Below are positions 52,562-63,191 of a stretch of DNA of 64,000 nucleotides, piece after piece. Both the position numbers and the translations under genes were made by a program. This DNA is from an uncultured Verrucomicrobiae bacterium (GTDB lineage Bacteria > Verrucomicrobiota > Verrucomicrobiia > Chthoniobacterales > Terrimicrobiaceae). Every line of letters starts with the position of its first letter. Position 1 is the first letter of the stretch. Location: assembly GCA_963706955.1 (NCBI GenBank), contig CAVPOC010000004.1, positions 32,001 through 96,000 on the forward strand. Direction: 5' to 3'. The notes beneath the pieces were generated by a model that searched no databases, was not told where the DNA came from, and was given only the letters and a program-made list of their open reading frames with translations.

Positions 52562-53704
52562 CTACGAGGCGGAACTGCGCCAGGCAGGTCGGCCGCTTTT
52601 GGGTAGCAGGCTGCTGACCATCATCAACTCGCCAACGTTCTCCGGAGTGATGAGACCGCGCAACCTGCCGAAACGATCCACCACCGGGAGCGCAGGAAAC
52701 GCGCTTTCCTGCATAAGCTGAAACGCCTTGTCAAATGGCTCGTCTGCCCGGACCGTCGGCAGGTCGCGCTGCATGACATCCGCGACCGCCGCTGTCGATC
52801 CTTTTTGCTTTAATGCGGCGATCAGCCTGTCTCGTGTGAGGACGCCGAGGATTCGATCCTCTGAATCCACTACCGGAAACTCATGCTGGGATGTGCGAAG
52901 GAGCGCTTCCACGGCATCCTCCAACGTGGCCTCGGGAGGAAGTCTTACCAAGTGCGTCACCATTGCCTCGGAGACCGTCAGATTTAAGGAGAGGTCCTTC
53001 AATTGGGCCATCGCGGCCTCTTGCTGGGCGCCAAGAAAGATGAAGAGGGCAATGAAGATGAGCAGCGGATTGCTAAACAGTCCAGTGAAACCAAAGACCG
53101 ATGAAACCAAAGACATGAAACCAAAGACAAATGCGAGTGCCTGCCCGATCCAGGCTGCAATCTGGGTGGCGCGCGCGTAGGGAAGAACCATTGCGAGGAG
53201 CGCACGAAGCACGCGTCCCCCATCCATCGGGAAGGCTGGGATCAGGTTGAAGAGCACCAACATCACATTGACCGAGGTTAGCTTCGTGAGCATGCCGACG
53301 CTCGGGTGCTCAACTTGTTCGAGATTCTCGATCGCTGCCGAATGGCCGAGGATGAGAGTGAGCACAACAGCTATGCCCACGTTAACCAGAGGGCCAGCAA
53401 TCGCGACAATCAATTCCTGCCAAGGCTTATCCGGCATACGCTGAAGTCGGGCCACCCCACCAATTGGGAGCAGCGTGATATCAGGCGTGGGAATCCCAAA
53501 AGCGCGCGCCGCCAGCACGTGGCCAAATTCGTGAAGCAGAACGCAGCCAAAGAGCGCCAGGATAAAGAGCACGCCTGGGATGGCGGCGGCCGCGCCTCCT
53601 AGCTGATAATAAGAGAATCCAATCCATGCCACAAACAGGAGGAACGTAATGTGGATGCGCACCTCGGTTCCGGCGACGCGAGCGATTCTGACCGACCAGC
53701 GCAT
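52562..53704 (-). CDS. Site-2 protease (M50) with tandem CBS domains
   Basis: 'HEFGH', 'FNLIPAFPMDGGR' and a C-terminal CBS pair. Confidence 0.93.
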   Translation of the reverse strand: MRWSVRIARVAGTEVRIHITFLLFVAWIGFSYYQLGGAAAAIPGVLFILALFGCVLLHEFGHVLAARAFGIPTPDITLLPIGGVARLQRMPDKPWQELIVAIAGPLVNVGIAVVLTLILGHSAAIENLEQVEHPSVGMLTKLTSVNVMLVLFNLIPAFPMDGGRVLRALLAMVLPYARATQIAAWIGQALAFVFGFMSLVSSVFGFTGLFSNPLLIFIALFIFLGAQQEAAMAQLKDLSLNLTVSEAMVTHLVRLPPEATLEDAVEALLRTSQHEFPVVDSEDRILGVLTRDRLIAALKQKGSTAAVADVMQRDLPTVRADEPFDKAFQLMQESAFPALPVVDRFGRLRGLITPENVGELMMVSSLLPKSGRPAWRSSAS

Positions 53705-53818
53705 GGCCTTGAGAATCGCTCCTTTCTTGACCGTGCGCAAGACGCATGGAACTTCGCGCCTGACGCTCCCATTAGCCTTTGCCATTGCTCCAGCACAACG
53801 ATAGCGTCGCGAGAGCCT

Positions 53819-56218
53819 ATGGCGACGAACGAGAGCAAGAATTCACCAGGGCGTGCCTTTGGTGCGCCGGGCATCGACCCCCGCTGGACGCACAGCGCCA
53901 AAGAGGGGATCGGGACGGCTTACCATACGAGCTGTCATGTCTGGTTCACGCTGAGCCACGGCATTCTTAATGAAATCTACTATCCGACCATTGACCAGCC
54001 GAACACGCGCGATGCGCAATTGCTCATCACGGACGGCGAGAGTTTTCTGCACGAGGAGAAGCGAGATTTGCAGCACGAGGTCAATTATCCGGAGCGCAAT
54101 TGTTTGCTTTACCGGCTCGTCAATTCTGATCCGGCAGGCCGTTACCGTATCATCAAACACGTGCTGGCGGATCCGCATCGCTCGGTGGTGCTCATGCACA
54201 TTCGACTCGAAGCTCCCGATGTCGTGCTGCGTCGTCAACTGAAGGTGTTCGTTCTTCTCGCACCGCACCTCATGAGGGGCGGTGCCGACAACTCCGCGTG
54301 GGTTTGCGAGTTCGCCGGTCGGAAGCTCTTCCATGTCGCCCGGGAAGGCACTCACCTCTCGCTGGGCTGCAATCCCGATTTTGTGCGCCGCTCGGTTGGC
54401 TATTCCGGTGCCAGTGACGGATGGCGCGACCTCATGGATAACTTTCAAATGGACTGGGAGTTCCGGGCGGCGGAAGGCGGAAATGTCGCGCTGACCGCGG
54501 AATTGGATCCTTCCCAGAACGAGTGGACCGTAGGGATCGCCCTGGGGCGCAGTGCGCAAAGCTCGGCGACCAAGCTCTTACAGTCGCTCGCCGATCCATT
54601 TGATGCCCACCGCGCGGGCTACGTGCGGCAGTGGCATCGCGCTGAGATCGAGGCTGATTACGACTTGAGTGACCAGACGGGTGATGAGGGGGGAATGTAT
54701 CGGCTCAGCCGTTGCGTGCTCCTGGCGCATGAGGACAAGCTGTTTCAGGGCGCTCTCATTGCTTCGCTGAGTATTCCCTGGGGAGAGACTAAAAGCGATG
54801 ACGAGCTCGGCGGTTATCACCTAGTCTGGACGCGAGACCTGGTGCAGAGCGCTACCGCGCTGCTCGCCACTGGGCAAAGCGATACCCCATTGCGCGCTCT
54901 GATCTGGCTGGCTTGCATTCAGAAAGGTGACGGTGACTTTCCGCAGAATAGCTGGATCGACGGCAGAGCTTACTGGAGCGGCGTGCAGTTGGATGAGATT
55001 GCCTCGCCCATCCTGCTCGCCTGGAGACTTCATCGGGAAGGCAAGCTGACGACTTTTGACCCTTGGCACATGATCGCCAAGGCAACGCGCTTTCTGCTTC
55101 TTCAAGGTCCCGTCACAGGCCAGGAGCGGTGGGAAGAGCAGTCGGGCTACTCTCCATCTACGCTGGCAATGGTGATTGCGGCGCTGGTATGTGCTTCGGA
55201 ATTCGCACGCGCCCGCAGTGAGAATGAGGTCGCCGAGATCACCCTAACCTACGCCGATTGGCTCGCCTCGCACCTCGAGGACTGGATGGTTACCTCGCGG
55301 GGTGAGCTCGTCCCAGGGGTGCCGCGGCACTACATTCGGATCACCCCTTGCGATCCGACCGCCATTGATCCGCACCCCGAGGTGGATACGCTGGAGATTC
55401 AGCTTGCCAATGGCGCGGGGCGACACGCTGCGCGCAACGTCGTCGGTGGCGACTTCCTTCATCTCGTTCGTCTCGGAATTCGAGATCCAGATGATCCGGT
55501 GATTCTTGACTCAATCAAGGTGATCGACCAGGTGATCCGGCGCGAGTTGCCGCAAGGACCATGCTGGAGGCGTTACAACCACGATGCCTACGGTCAGAAA
55601 GATGACGGATCGGCATTTGACGGCACCGGGGTGGGTCGTTGCTGGCCGATTCTCACTGGCGAACGCGGACACTACGAGCTAGCGGCAGGAAACGATCCCC
55701 TGCCATATCTTCGCGCACTCGAGTGCATGGCCAATGAAGGTGGCATGCTGGCTGAGCAGCTCTGGGACGATGCTGAACTTGCCGATGGCAGTTTCAAATG
55801 CGGTAAGCCAACCGGGTCGGCGATGCCCCTATGCTGGTCGCACGCCGAGTATGTGAGCCTGGTTCGCAGCCGGCGCGATCGGGTGGTATTCGATCGGATC
55901 GAGCCGGCGTATCAGCGCTATGTCGCGGCGCCTGTGCTCAGTCGCTATGAAATCTGGAGCTTCCGCCATCAAACCCGGCAGGTCGCACGTACAAGAACGC
56001 TTCGACTGCTTACAGGGGCACGCGCGGTGGTCCGCTGGACCCGTAATGAATGGCAGGATGCGGACGATCTTGAATGCACCCGTAGTGCGTTGCCCGACCT
56101 ATTCGTCACAGATCTTCCCACGGCCGAGCTACCCGCCGGAACGGCGCTCGAATTTACTTTTCATTGGTTCGACGTTGACAAATGGGAGGGGCGCAACTTC
56201 TCGGCACACATCAAGTGA
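53819..56218 (+). CDS. GH15 glucoamylase/glucodextranase-like glycoside hydrolase
   Basis: 'AFGAPGIDPRWT', 'GGYHLVWTRD', 'QERWEE', 'RRYNHDAYG' and 'SAMPLCWSHAEY'. Confidence 0.92.
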   Translation: MATNESKNSPGRAFGAPGIDPRWTHSAKEGIGTAYHTSCHVWFTLSHGILNEIYYPTIDQPNTRDAQLLITDGESFLHEEKRDLQHEVNYPERNCLLYRLVNSDPAGRYRIIKHVLADPHRSVVLMHIRLEAPDVVLRRQLKVFVLLAPHLMRGGADNSAWVCEFAGRKLFHVAREGTHLSLGCNPDFVRRSVGYSGASDGWRDLMDNFQMDWEFRAAEGGNVALTAELDPSQNEWTVGIALGRSAQSSATKLLQSLADPFDAHRAGYVRQWHRAEIEADYDLSDQTGDEGGMYRLSRCVLLAHEDKLFQGALIASLSIPWGETKSDDELGGYHLVWTRDLVQSATALLATGQSDTPLRALIWLACIQKGDGDFPQNSWIDGRAYWSGVQLDEIASPILLAWRLHREGKLTTFDPWHMIAKATRFLLLQGPVTGQERWEEQSGYSPSTLAMVIAALVCASEFARARSENEVAEITLTYADWLASHLEDWMVTSRGELVPGVPRHYIRITPCDPTAIDPHPEVDTLEIQLANGAGRHAARNVVGGDFLHLVRLGIRDPDDPVILDSIKVIDQVIRRELPQGPCWRRYNHDAYGQKDDGSAFDGTGVGRCWPILTGERGHYELAAGNDPLPYLRALECMANEGGMLAEQLWDDAELADGSFKCGKPTGSAMPLCWSHAEYVSLVRSRRDRVVFDRIEPAYQRYVAAPVLSRYEIWSFRHQTRQVARTRTLRLLTGARAVVRWTRNEWQDADDLECTRSALPDLFVTDLPTAELPAGTALEFTFHWFDVDKWEGRNFSAHIK

Positions 56219-56343
56219 TTCTAACGGCGTTTCTCGCCATCACCGGTCTTCCGCGCATCAATCTCAAATCGACTCTTCGATGAGGTCGAGTTCTCCGCTA
56301 AAATGGGCAACCGCACTGTTGAAGCGCGCGAATTTCGTAATAT

Positions 56344-57198
56344 TTAGGCCGCCGCGGGTCTTCTCTTTTGCTTGAGAAGGGCGTTGGTGGAACGCACGCG
56401 CCCAGAACTCTTCTGCGCCGGTTTTCTTGTGCCGACTTTTTGCAGACTTTCTTGGAGAACAGCCACCAGGTCGACGACGTTCGGCGCCATTTTGGGAGCG
56501 GCCGGTCTGCCAGCCGGTAGCTTCTTGAGGGCCTTTTGTTCGATCATTTCCATGAGCGCGTTTGTGTACTGGTCTTTATACTTCTCAGGCTCCCAGTCAG
56601 CGGCCATTTGCTCGATGAGCGTCTTGGCCATCTCCAGTTCCTTCGGAGCGACGTCCTTTTCGGAGGCAGATTTCAGCGTCTCAGGCTCCAGGACTTCATG
56701 GGCAAAGTGCATGAGTTCCAAGATGAGAAAGAGCCCATCCGGCTTGACGGCTGCCAAATACTCTCGCCGCTGGATGACGACTTTCGCTATCCCCACTTTG
56801 CCCGTTTCGACGAGTGCCTTGTGAAGCAGCGAGTAGGTTTTGTCTCCCCCTTTTTGAGGCTCCAGAAAGTACGGCCTGTAGAAGAACTTCGGATTGATCT
56901 GGGCCTGCTCGACGAAGTCGGTAATCTCGATGGAATGGGTCGATTCGATCTTTACCTTTTCGAAATCCTCTTCTTCCAGGGTAACCCAATGCCCCTTCTC
57001 GTATTCAAACCCCTTGACAATCTCATCCGGTTTGACCTCCTTTTCGTCCGCTTCCGCGACTTTCTTGTAGCGGATCGGGCTGAGATCACGCGCCCGCAGC
57101 TGGCGGAAGCTGATTTTCTCTTCCCGCGTGGCGGGATAGACCGCCACCGGTATGTAAACGAGCCCAAAGGTGATGCCACCCTTCCAGATCGCACGCAT
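56344..57198 (-). CDS. ku: Non-homologous end joining protein Ku
   Basis: 'RAIWKGGITFGLV', 'IVKGFEY', 'YKDQY', 'VVDLVAVLQESL' and a basic tail. Confidence 0.95.
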   Translation of the reverse strand: MRAIWKGGITFGLVYIPVAVYPATREEKISFRQLRARDLSPIRYKKVAEADEKEVKPDEIVKGFEYEKGHWVTLEEEDFEKVKIESTHSIEITDFVEQAQINPKFFYRPYFLEPQKGGDKTYSLLHKALVETGKVGIAKVVIQRREYLAAVKPDGLFLILELMHFAHEVLEPETLKSASEKDVAPKELEMAKTLIEQMAADWEPEKYKDQYTNALMEMIEQKALKKLPAGRPAAPKMAPNVVDLVAVLQESLQKVGTRKPAQKSSGRVRSTNALLKQKRRPAAA

Positions 57199-57347
57199 GT
57201 GCAAAGCAAAGCATTTAAGTGCAATACATTCAACTCTAACTTAGTGCCGCCCGATTGTGGCCACCGGCACGGCCTGAGCGCAGGCGTCTCCGTCGCCGCT
57301 TATTCACCCGGCGCTTGGGGCAGTCGGGCGAGGGCTTATTCAGACTA

Positions 57348-57809
57348 ATGCCCAAGAGAAGCGCGGGAATTGTGGTTTTCAAGCGGAAGGATGCTCGACT
57401 TGAAGTGCTGTTGGTCCACCCGGGTGGTCCCTTGTGGAAGAACAAAGATACAGGTGCTTGGAGCATACCCAAAGGCGAACCGGAAGAGGGCGAAGAATTG
57501 CTCTCGGCCGCGCAGCGTGAACTTCGCGAGGAAATTGGGCTTGAACCGAAGGGGGACTTGAAAGACCTGGGATCCATCCAGCAAAAGGGCGGCAAGACAG
57601 TTCATGCTTGGGCGTTCGAGGTGGATGCGGACATGGTGGTTGCGCAGGTCAGTAATTCGTTCGAATTGGAGTGGCCTCCACGCTCGGGAAAGAGGCAGAC
57701 ATTTCCGGAGATTGACCGTGCCGAGTTCTTTAGCCTCGAGGAGGCGGCAATTAGGATAAACCAAGCTCAACGAGCTTTTCTCGAACGATTGAGCATGAGG
57801 ATGCAGTAG
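57348..57809 (+). CDS. NUDIX hydrolase
   Basis: 'LVHPGGP', Nudix box 'PKGEPEEGEELLSAAQRELREEIG' and 'EWPPRSG...FPEIDR'. Confidence 0.92.
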   Translation: MPKRSAGIVVFKRKDARLEVLLVHPGGPLWKNKDTGAWSIPKGEPEEGEELLSAAQRELREEIGLEPKGDLKDLGSIQQKGGKTVHAWAFEVDADMVVAQVSNSFELEWPPRSGKRQTFPEIDRAEFFSLEEAAIRINQAQRAFLERLSMRMQ

Positions 57810-57844
57810 TCGCAAGTCTTTGTGACTCGCCGGCCCCTGGAATC

Positions 57845-59446
57845 TCAATAGTGAGCCTCGACGAGTCGAGCGTCAGCCAGATCGATATCGCGCTGCACCA
57901 GGCGCAATGTCTCATCATTGATTTGATGCTGGTTCCGAAGTTCGACGAGCGTCTGGCGCTCGACCTGCAATGCCTCACGAACGAGATGGTTGAAATGAGA
58001 GGCGGGAAGTAGCGTCGGATCCGGCTCGGCTCTGAGCTCATCGCAATAATCTAATTGCGCCAGGCGCTCGCGGTATTCTTCTCGCAGTCGGGAAAGGCGC
58101 TCAACATGATGACTCTTCTGACTTGGTTTGTCTGCCAACCCCTCCACGTAAGCTAAGGCAGCTTGATTCGCCGTTTTGCGCGCGATCCGCTCCTCCCTGT
58201 GCGACTCGCCGTCGTCCTCTATCCCCAGCGCACGAACCAAGATCGGCAGCGTCAGTCCTTGGAATACCAGCGTTACCAGAATCACTGAAAAGGATAGGAA
58301 TATGATCTCGTTGCGGCCTGGAAACGGATCACCACCGGCAGTGGTAAGAGGTAGAGCGAGTGCTGCGGCCAGGGAAACGACTCCGCGCATTCCCGACCAA
58401 GCCACGATGAAGACTTGTTGCCAGCGAGAGTCCGAATCATCCGGGCGCATTCTCGCGCGGAAGAGACGCGGCAGGTAAGCTGCCGAAAAGACCCAGAGGA
58501 TGCGCGTCAGCACCACGGTCGCGCTCACCGCGGCGGCGTAGAAGAGAAGCGTCGCCCACGATTCGGTGGCAAGCCCGCTCACTACAGCCGGCAACTGCAG
58601 TCCGATGAGAATGAAAATGATTCCGTTCAGGAGGAAGACAATCATGCGCCAGAAGGAGAATGCTTCGAGACGCGTGCGCGCCGTGATCATCAACGGCGAG
58701 CGCCAACCGATATAAAGCCCGGAGGTAACCACCGCGAGGATACCAGAGAGACCCAATTGCTCTGCGGGAAGATACGCCGCAAAGGGTGTAAGAAGCGAAA
58801 TGGTAATCTGAACTGGAGGATCATCGAGGCGACGCTGAAGCCAGTGAACTCCGGCCGCTAGGGCCCACCCCACGAGAACACCGCCGATGGCGACTACAGG
58901 AATCTTGAGGACTGCGTCCGTTAACGAAAACGTTCCTGTTAGCACAGCCGCGATGCCGAAGCGGTAAACCACCAACGCGATTGCGTCGTTGACAAGACTC
59001 TCGCCTTCGAGAATGGCGACAATTCGGCGGGGAATCTGCATCCTTTGCAGGACGGCGGTCGCAGCAATAGCGTCCGGAGGAGAAACGATCGCTCCGAGAA
59101 TCAAGGCTGCGGGCCATGGGAGACCTGGAATTAGTGCATGCGCCACCAGAGCGACCGAAACCGTTGTCATGAGCACCAGTCCTAAAGCGAGAAACGTGAT
59201 CGCTCGAATATTGCGGACGAAGTCGCGCCAGGACGTGAATAACGCCGCCGGGTAAAGCAACGGCGGGAGGAACAGAAGGAGGGCCAGCTCCGGATCAAAA
59301 CCGACGTGCGGCAGAAAGGGGATCATGCTAAGCGCTAGGCCGCTTAGCACCAGCAGCACCGGGTATGGCAAGTTGATGCGTCTAGCGACAACGTCAAGCC
59401 CAGCCACGATCATCAGGAGAAAGCAGATCAGCTCGATCTCAGCCAC
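57845..59446 (-). CDS. CPA1-family Na+/H+ antiporter
   Basis: 'FLPPLLY', 'SPPDAIA', 'EGESLVND' and 'GMRGVVSLAAAL'. Confidence 0.93.
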   Translation of the reverse strand: MAEIELICFLLMIVAGLDVVARRINLPYPVLLVLSGLALSMIPFLPHVGFDPELALLLFLPPLLYPAALFTSWRDFVRNIRAITFLALGLVLMTTVSVALVAHALIPGLPWPAALILGAIVSPPDAIAATAVLQRMQIPRRIVAILEGESLVNDAIALVVYRFGIAAVLTGTFSLTDAVLKIPVVAIGGVLVGWALAAGVHWLQRRLDDPPVQITISLLTPFAAYLPAEQLGLSGILAVVTSGLYIGWRSPLMITARTRLEAFSFWRMIVFLLNGIIFILIGLQLPAVVSGLATESWATLLFYAAAVSATVVLTRILWVFSAAYLPRLFRARMRPDDSDSRWQQVFIVAWSGMRGVVSLAAALALPLTTAGGDPFPGRNEIIFLSFSVILVTLVFQGLTLPILVRALGIEDDGESHREERIARKTANQAALAYVEGLADKPSQKSHHVERLSRLREEYRERLAQLDYCDELRAEPDPTLLPASHFNHLVREALQVERQTLVELRNQHQINDETLRLVQRDIDLADARLVEAHY

Positions 59447-59730
59447 ATTGTGACCAAAGAAGATTTCTGATTCCTTGGCAAGCTACGCACTCAGCGATGC
59501 GATCGATTGGCGGGAACCCTTTTCAGTTCATCAGGACAGCGATTTGCCGACCACAGAATGCTCTCACAGCTTCGGTCCGAATCGCGCGTCGACTTTCTCT
59601 GATCCTTACTAGATTAGAGTTCGCGGCACGCGCCTTCGCCATGGCCGTTTACCCCGTGCGCCAAGGGATGCGAGAGCAGGTGGCGGAACCCGCCCCGAAT
59701 CGCAGAAAATCCCCTGCCGTCACTCCAGAA

Positions 59731-60148
59731 CTAACGGGTGGACGGAATGACTAGTCTTTGCCCAAGTTGGAGAGGGGCTTGCTTCGAAATGCGATTGGCT
59801 TGGACAAGCATGTCCAGGCTCACATGGTATCGCTTGGCGATGGACGTCAGGGTTTCGCCCTTGGTCACGACGTGGGTCGCCTTGGTAAGCTTTTTGGGCG
59901 AGAGCCTTATTCCTAATGCCGCGCTGCTCTTCGACAAAGGATTTGAGCGAGGGATCGATCTCGACAATTCGTCGATCGAGCTCATCGTTCGCTTTCCGAA
60001 AGGCTGCTCGAACCTTCGGGTCCTTGAGCGCAATTTTTCTAACTTGACTGTATTCATCTGCCAGGTCGCTGCCGTGGACCGTGGTCACTGGTGCGATTCC
60101 AACCATAGCCGCGGCGCAAACTAGACCGGCAAACTGTAAAAGCTTCAT
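59731..60148 (-). CDS. Secreted LysM-domain protein (frameshift near 59890)
   Basis: Signal peptide, helical segment, then LysM 'THVVTKGETLTSIAKRYHVSLDMLVQANRI...LQLGQRLVIP' in the adjacent frame. Confidence 0.85.
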
Positions 60149-60209
60149 CTTTCGAGCATGCCTACTCGAAAGGCAAATTCCGAAGGAAAATTTTCGCCTG
60201 ACAGCCCGA

Positions 60210-61112
60210 TCAGGTTAGTCGCGAGCGGAAATCCACAAACAGCGATCCCCCATTTTTTCCCGGATGAGGACCGTGGCCATTGGCGCGAGCACGTTCCTTG
60301 CGGGCAAGACCATCGCGAAGCTTGTTCAGGGCGACTTTCTGGAGTTGGCGAACACGCTCCCGCGTGACGCCAAATTTCTCACCCACTTCTCCGAGGGTCT
60401 CGGGCCTTTGTCCGCCAAGCCCAAAGCGTGAGTTGATGATCTCGCGTTCTCGGTCGTTGAGCAGATCGAGTAGTTCTCCGACTTCTGCAAGCATGTCCTT
60501 GTCGCGAAGTCGTTCAAATGGACTCTCCATCTCCTCGTCGCTGAGCACATCTCGAAACTGGAGAGACTCGTCTCCCTGGATGGGCCGATCCAAGGAGGTC
60601 GGGCGAACGGCTACGTTCTTTAGCTCTCGTATTTTGGAGACCGACAGCCCAATCTCTTCAGCCAACTCGTCATCGGTCGGTTCTCGGCCGAGTTCCTCCA
60701 TCATGCGGGAAGAAACCCGACGAATCTTTCCTATCTTATCGACGAGGTGAACTGGCAGGCGAATGGTCTTTCCCTGGTTGGCCAGAGCGCGGCGAATCGA
60801 CTCCTTGATCCACCAGGCTGCATAGGTACTTAGCTTTCCACCCTTTGCCGGATCGAATCGTTCCACGGCTTTCATCAGGCCGATATTCCCTTCTGAGATC
60901 AAATCCAGCAAAGGTAGGCCAAAGTTGGCGTAGTCCCGGGCAATTCTCACAACCAGCTTTAGATTTGCGCGCACCATATCTGCGCGCGCTTGCTGGTCTC
61001 CAAGTTTGATTCTCGCGGCCAGCTCGACCTCCTGCTCCGCGGTCAGCAAAGGAAACTTGGCGATTTGCCGTAAATAGATCTGAAAGCTTGTTTCCTCTTC
61101 TCCGGGGGTCAT
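60210..61112 (-). CDS. Sigma-70 family RpoD/RpoS-like alternative sigma factor lacking region 1.1
   Basis: 'YLRQI...LLTAEQE', 'DLISEGNIGLMKAVERFDP', 'STYAAWWI', 'TIRLPVH' and 'GVTRERVRQL'. Confidence 0.94.
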   Translation of the reverse strand: MTPGEEETSFQIYLRQIAKFPLLTAEQEVELAARIKLGDQQARADMVRANLKLVVRIARDYANFGLPLLDLISEGNIGLMKAVERFDPAKGGKLSTYAAWWIKESIRRALANQGKTIRLPVHLVDKIGKIRRVSSRMMEELGREPTDDELAEEIGLSVSKIRELKNVAVRPTSLDRPIQGDESLQFRDVLSDEEMESPFERLRDKDMLAEVGELLDLLNDREREIINSRFGLGGQRPETLGEVGEKFGVTRERVRQLQKVALNKLRDGLARKERARANGHGPHPGKNGGSLFVDFRSRLT

Positions 61113-61117
61113 TTGTA

Positions 61118-61137
61118 CGTCTCTATGTATAGAGACG
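61118..61137. promoter_or_regulatory. Inverted repeat immediately upstream of the sigma factor start codon
   Basis: CGTCTCTAT-GT-ATAGAGACG, separated from the ATG at 61112 (minus strand) by 5 nt. Confidence 0.45.
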
Positions 61138-61340
61138 ATCGCCGCTCGGTAACTTGCCGAATTTCTTAACAGTCCCAGACTGTAAAAAATCAGTAGCTGA
61201 AGTAAGAAAGGAGGTAGCGGTTTCCCGTTAGAACCTTTCTATCAGCTATTTGCCGAAATTCCTGGCTGTCTACCCTGGGCAGGTGAACCTGTGTGAAAAG
61301 CGGTATGCTTTTGCCGTATCGAGGGAGTAATCTCCTCCGA

Positions 61341-61787
61341 ATGGGAAATGAGCGGCTGCTGCGCGAAACGGAAGAGTTCTTCTACGAGAAGATTCCAATC
61401 ACCCGCGCGATGGGCGTTCGAGTCACCAAGTACGATGGGAATGAGTTCAGACTGACAGCGCCGATCGCTCTAAACCACAACCATCTTGGCACCGCTTTTG
61501 GCGGAAGCTTGAGCGCCATGGCTACACTCGCCGGCTATGGTCTAATTTGGCTTGAGATGGGAGACAAGATGGCTCACGTGGTCATCCGTAATAGCGAGCT
61601 TTCTTTTCGCCGGCCTGTGCGCCGCGAGATCGAGGCCATTTGCCGGCGTCCGAGCGGAGATGAGTTGGCGATGTTCAACAACGCCTTTGCCGAGCATCAC
61701 AAAGCGAAAATTAGTCTGGATGTAACCATTGAAGAAGAGGGCCTTGTTGCGGTCGAGTTCCGTGGACTTTTCGTCGCCCTGAGATAG
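61341..61787 (+). CDS. Hot-dog fold thioesterase (YiiD C-terminal-like)
   Basis: 'IPITRAMGV' and 'APIALNHNHLGTAFGGSL'. Confidence 0.85.
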   Translation: MGNERLLRETEEFFYEKIPITRAMGVRVTKYDGNEFRLTAPIALNHNHLGTAFGGSLSAMATLAGYGLIWLEMGDKMAHVVIRNSELSFRRPVRREIEAICRRPSGDELAMFNNAFAEHHKAKISLDVTIEEEGLVAVEFRGLFVALR

Positions 61788-61876
61788 TCGCCTGCCAGCT
61801 CGAATATCATGGGAAAGCGTGCCACCTGTGCCGATCAGCCGGGTAGCGGAGCTCCTCTTGACCGCGTTTTCTCTTG

Positions 61877-63166
61877 ATGAAGGAGTCCGCTATCAGTCGC
61901 AACATTCCTCTCTTCATTGCCTTTCGCGTACTTTTTAACGCGCGCTGGTATTATCCGGTTCTCGCGGTGCTCTTTCTAGATTTCGGACTGAGTGTCGAGC
62001 AGTATGCTTTGCTGAATGTCGCATGGGCGGCGGCGATCGTCGGTTTGGAGGTTCCCTCTGGCGCGATGGCGGATCGATTCGGCCGAAAGCGTATGGTCGT
62101 CTTGGCGGCGGGTTTAATGGTGGTCGAGATGGCGGTATTTGCCTTTGCCCCGACCGGTGATTCGACGCTCCTCTTTATCCTCTTTCTTCTAAATCGGCTG
62201 CTCAGTGGAGCGGCCGAAGCGAGCGCAAGCGGGGCTGACGAGGCGCTGGCTTACGATTCACTCGCCTTAGAAGGCCGCGCTAACGAGTGGCCAGCGGTGC
62301 TGGAACGCGTAATGCGCTGGCAGGCAGTCGCGTTCTTTCTCACAATGATCATCGGTGCGGCTGCCTACGACAAACAGTTCATCCAATGGATTCTGGTGGC
62401 GTTAGGAATTCGCTGGAATGTGACGCCAGAAATGGCAATGCGCCTTCCGATTTACCTTACCCTTGGCAATGCGGTGGTCGCTTTCTGGGTTGCGCTCAAT
62501 CTGCGCGAACCGAACGACCCGCATGCATCATCGTCCACGAATCGAACAACCTGGCGTCTCATTTTTGCGACTGGTCGATGGATCGCTCATGCTCCGTTGG
62601 CCTTTGGAGTCGTTCTTGCTGGAATGTGTTTCGACAGTGTTGTCCGGCTTTTCCTGACAATGGCCAGCAACTACTACCGCTTCATTGCGGTTCCTGAGGC
62701 GGCCTTCGGGTTGATCGGTTCCGGTTTCGCAGTCATCGGGTTCTTGACTCCGGCACTCGCCCGCCGACTTGTCGGGCGCTGGACCATTTCTTCGAACTTC
62801 GCGCTGGTCGCGTCGCTCACGCTGGCAGGTCTGGCGGGAACTAGCTTGGTCTGGCCAATCTGGGGTCTGCTCTGGCTGGTTCCGCTGGGGATGGCGATGT
62901 CTCTCACCCAGTTCTACGTATCGCACTACCTCAACGCCGCTGTCACGGATGCACGACAACGGGCAACTGTTCTCAGTTTTCGCGGGCTAGCCTTCAATTT
63001 GGCTTACGGCGGTGCGGGCCTGCTCTTCGCGGGCCTGACGCGTTTGTTAGGCAAATACAACGCCCCAGATGAGGTCTTCGCCAAAGCACTCGGATGGCTG
63101 CCATGGTATTTTATAGCGACTGTCGCAGGCCTCGCCATTTGTTGGAAGCGCCTGAAACTGCTTTAG
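61877..63166 (+). CDS. MFS transporter
   Basis: 'LEVPSGAMADRFGRK', 'SGADEALAYDSL' and 'RATVLS'; about 12 hydrophobic segments. Confidence 0.9.
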   Translation: MKESAISRNIPLFIAFRVLFNARWYYPVLAVLFLDFGLSVEQYALLNVAWAAAIVGLEVPSGAMADRFGRKRMVVLAAGLMVVEMAVFAFAPTGDSTLLFILFLLNRLLSGAAEASASGADEALAYDSLALEGRANEWPAVLERVMRWQAVAFFLTMIIGAAAYDKQFIQWILVALGIRWNVTPEMAMRLPIYLTLGNAVVAFWVALNLREPNDPHASSSTNRTTWRLIFATGRWIAHAPLAFGVVLAGMCFDSVVRLFLTMASNYYRFIAVPEAAFGLIGSGFAVIGFLTPALARRLVGRWTISSNFALVASLTLAGLAGTSLVWPIWGLLWLVPLGMAMSLTQFYVSHYLNAAVTDARQRATVLSFRGLAFNLAYGGAGLLFAGLTRLLGKYNAPDEVFAKALGWLPWYFIATVAGLAICWKRLKLL

Positions 63167-63191
63167 TCTGCCGGCGACGCCTGCCGGCCGA

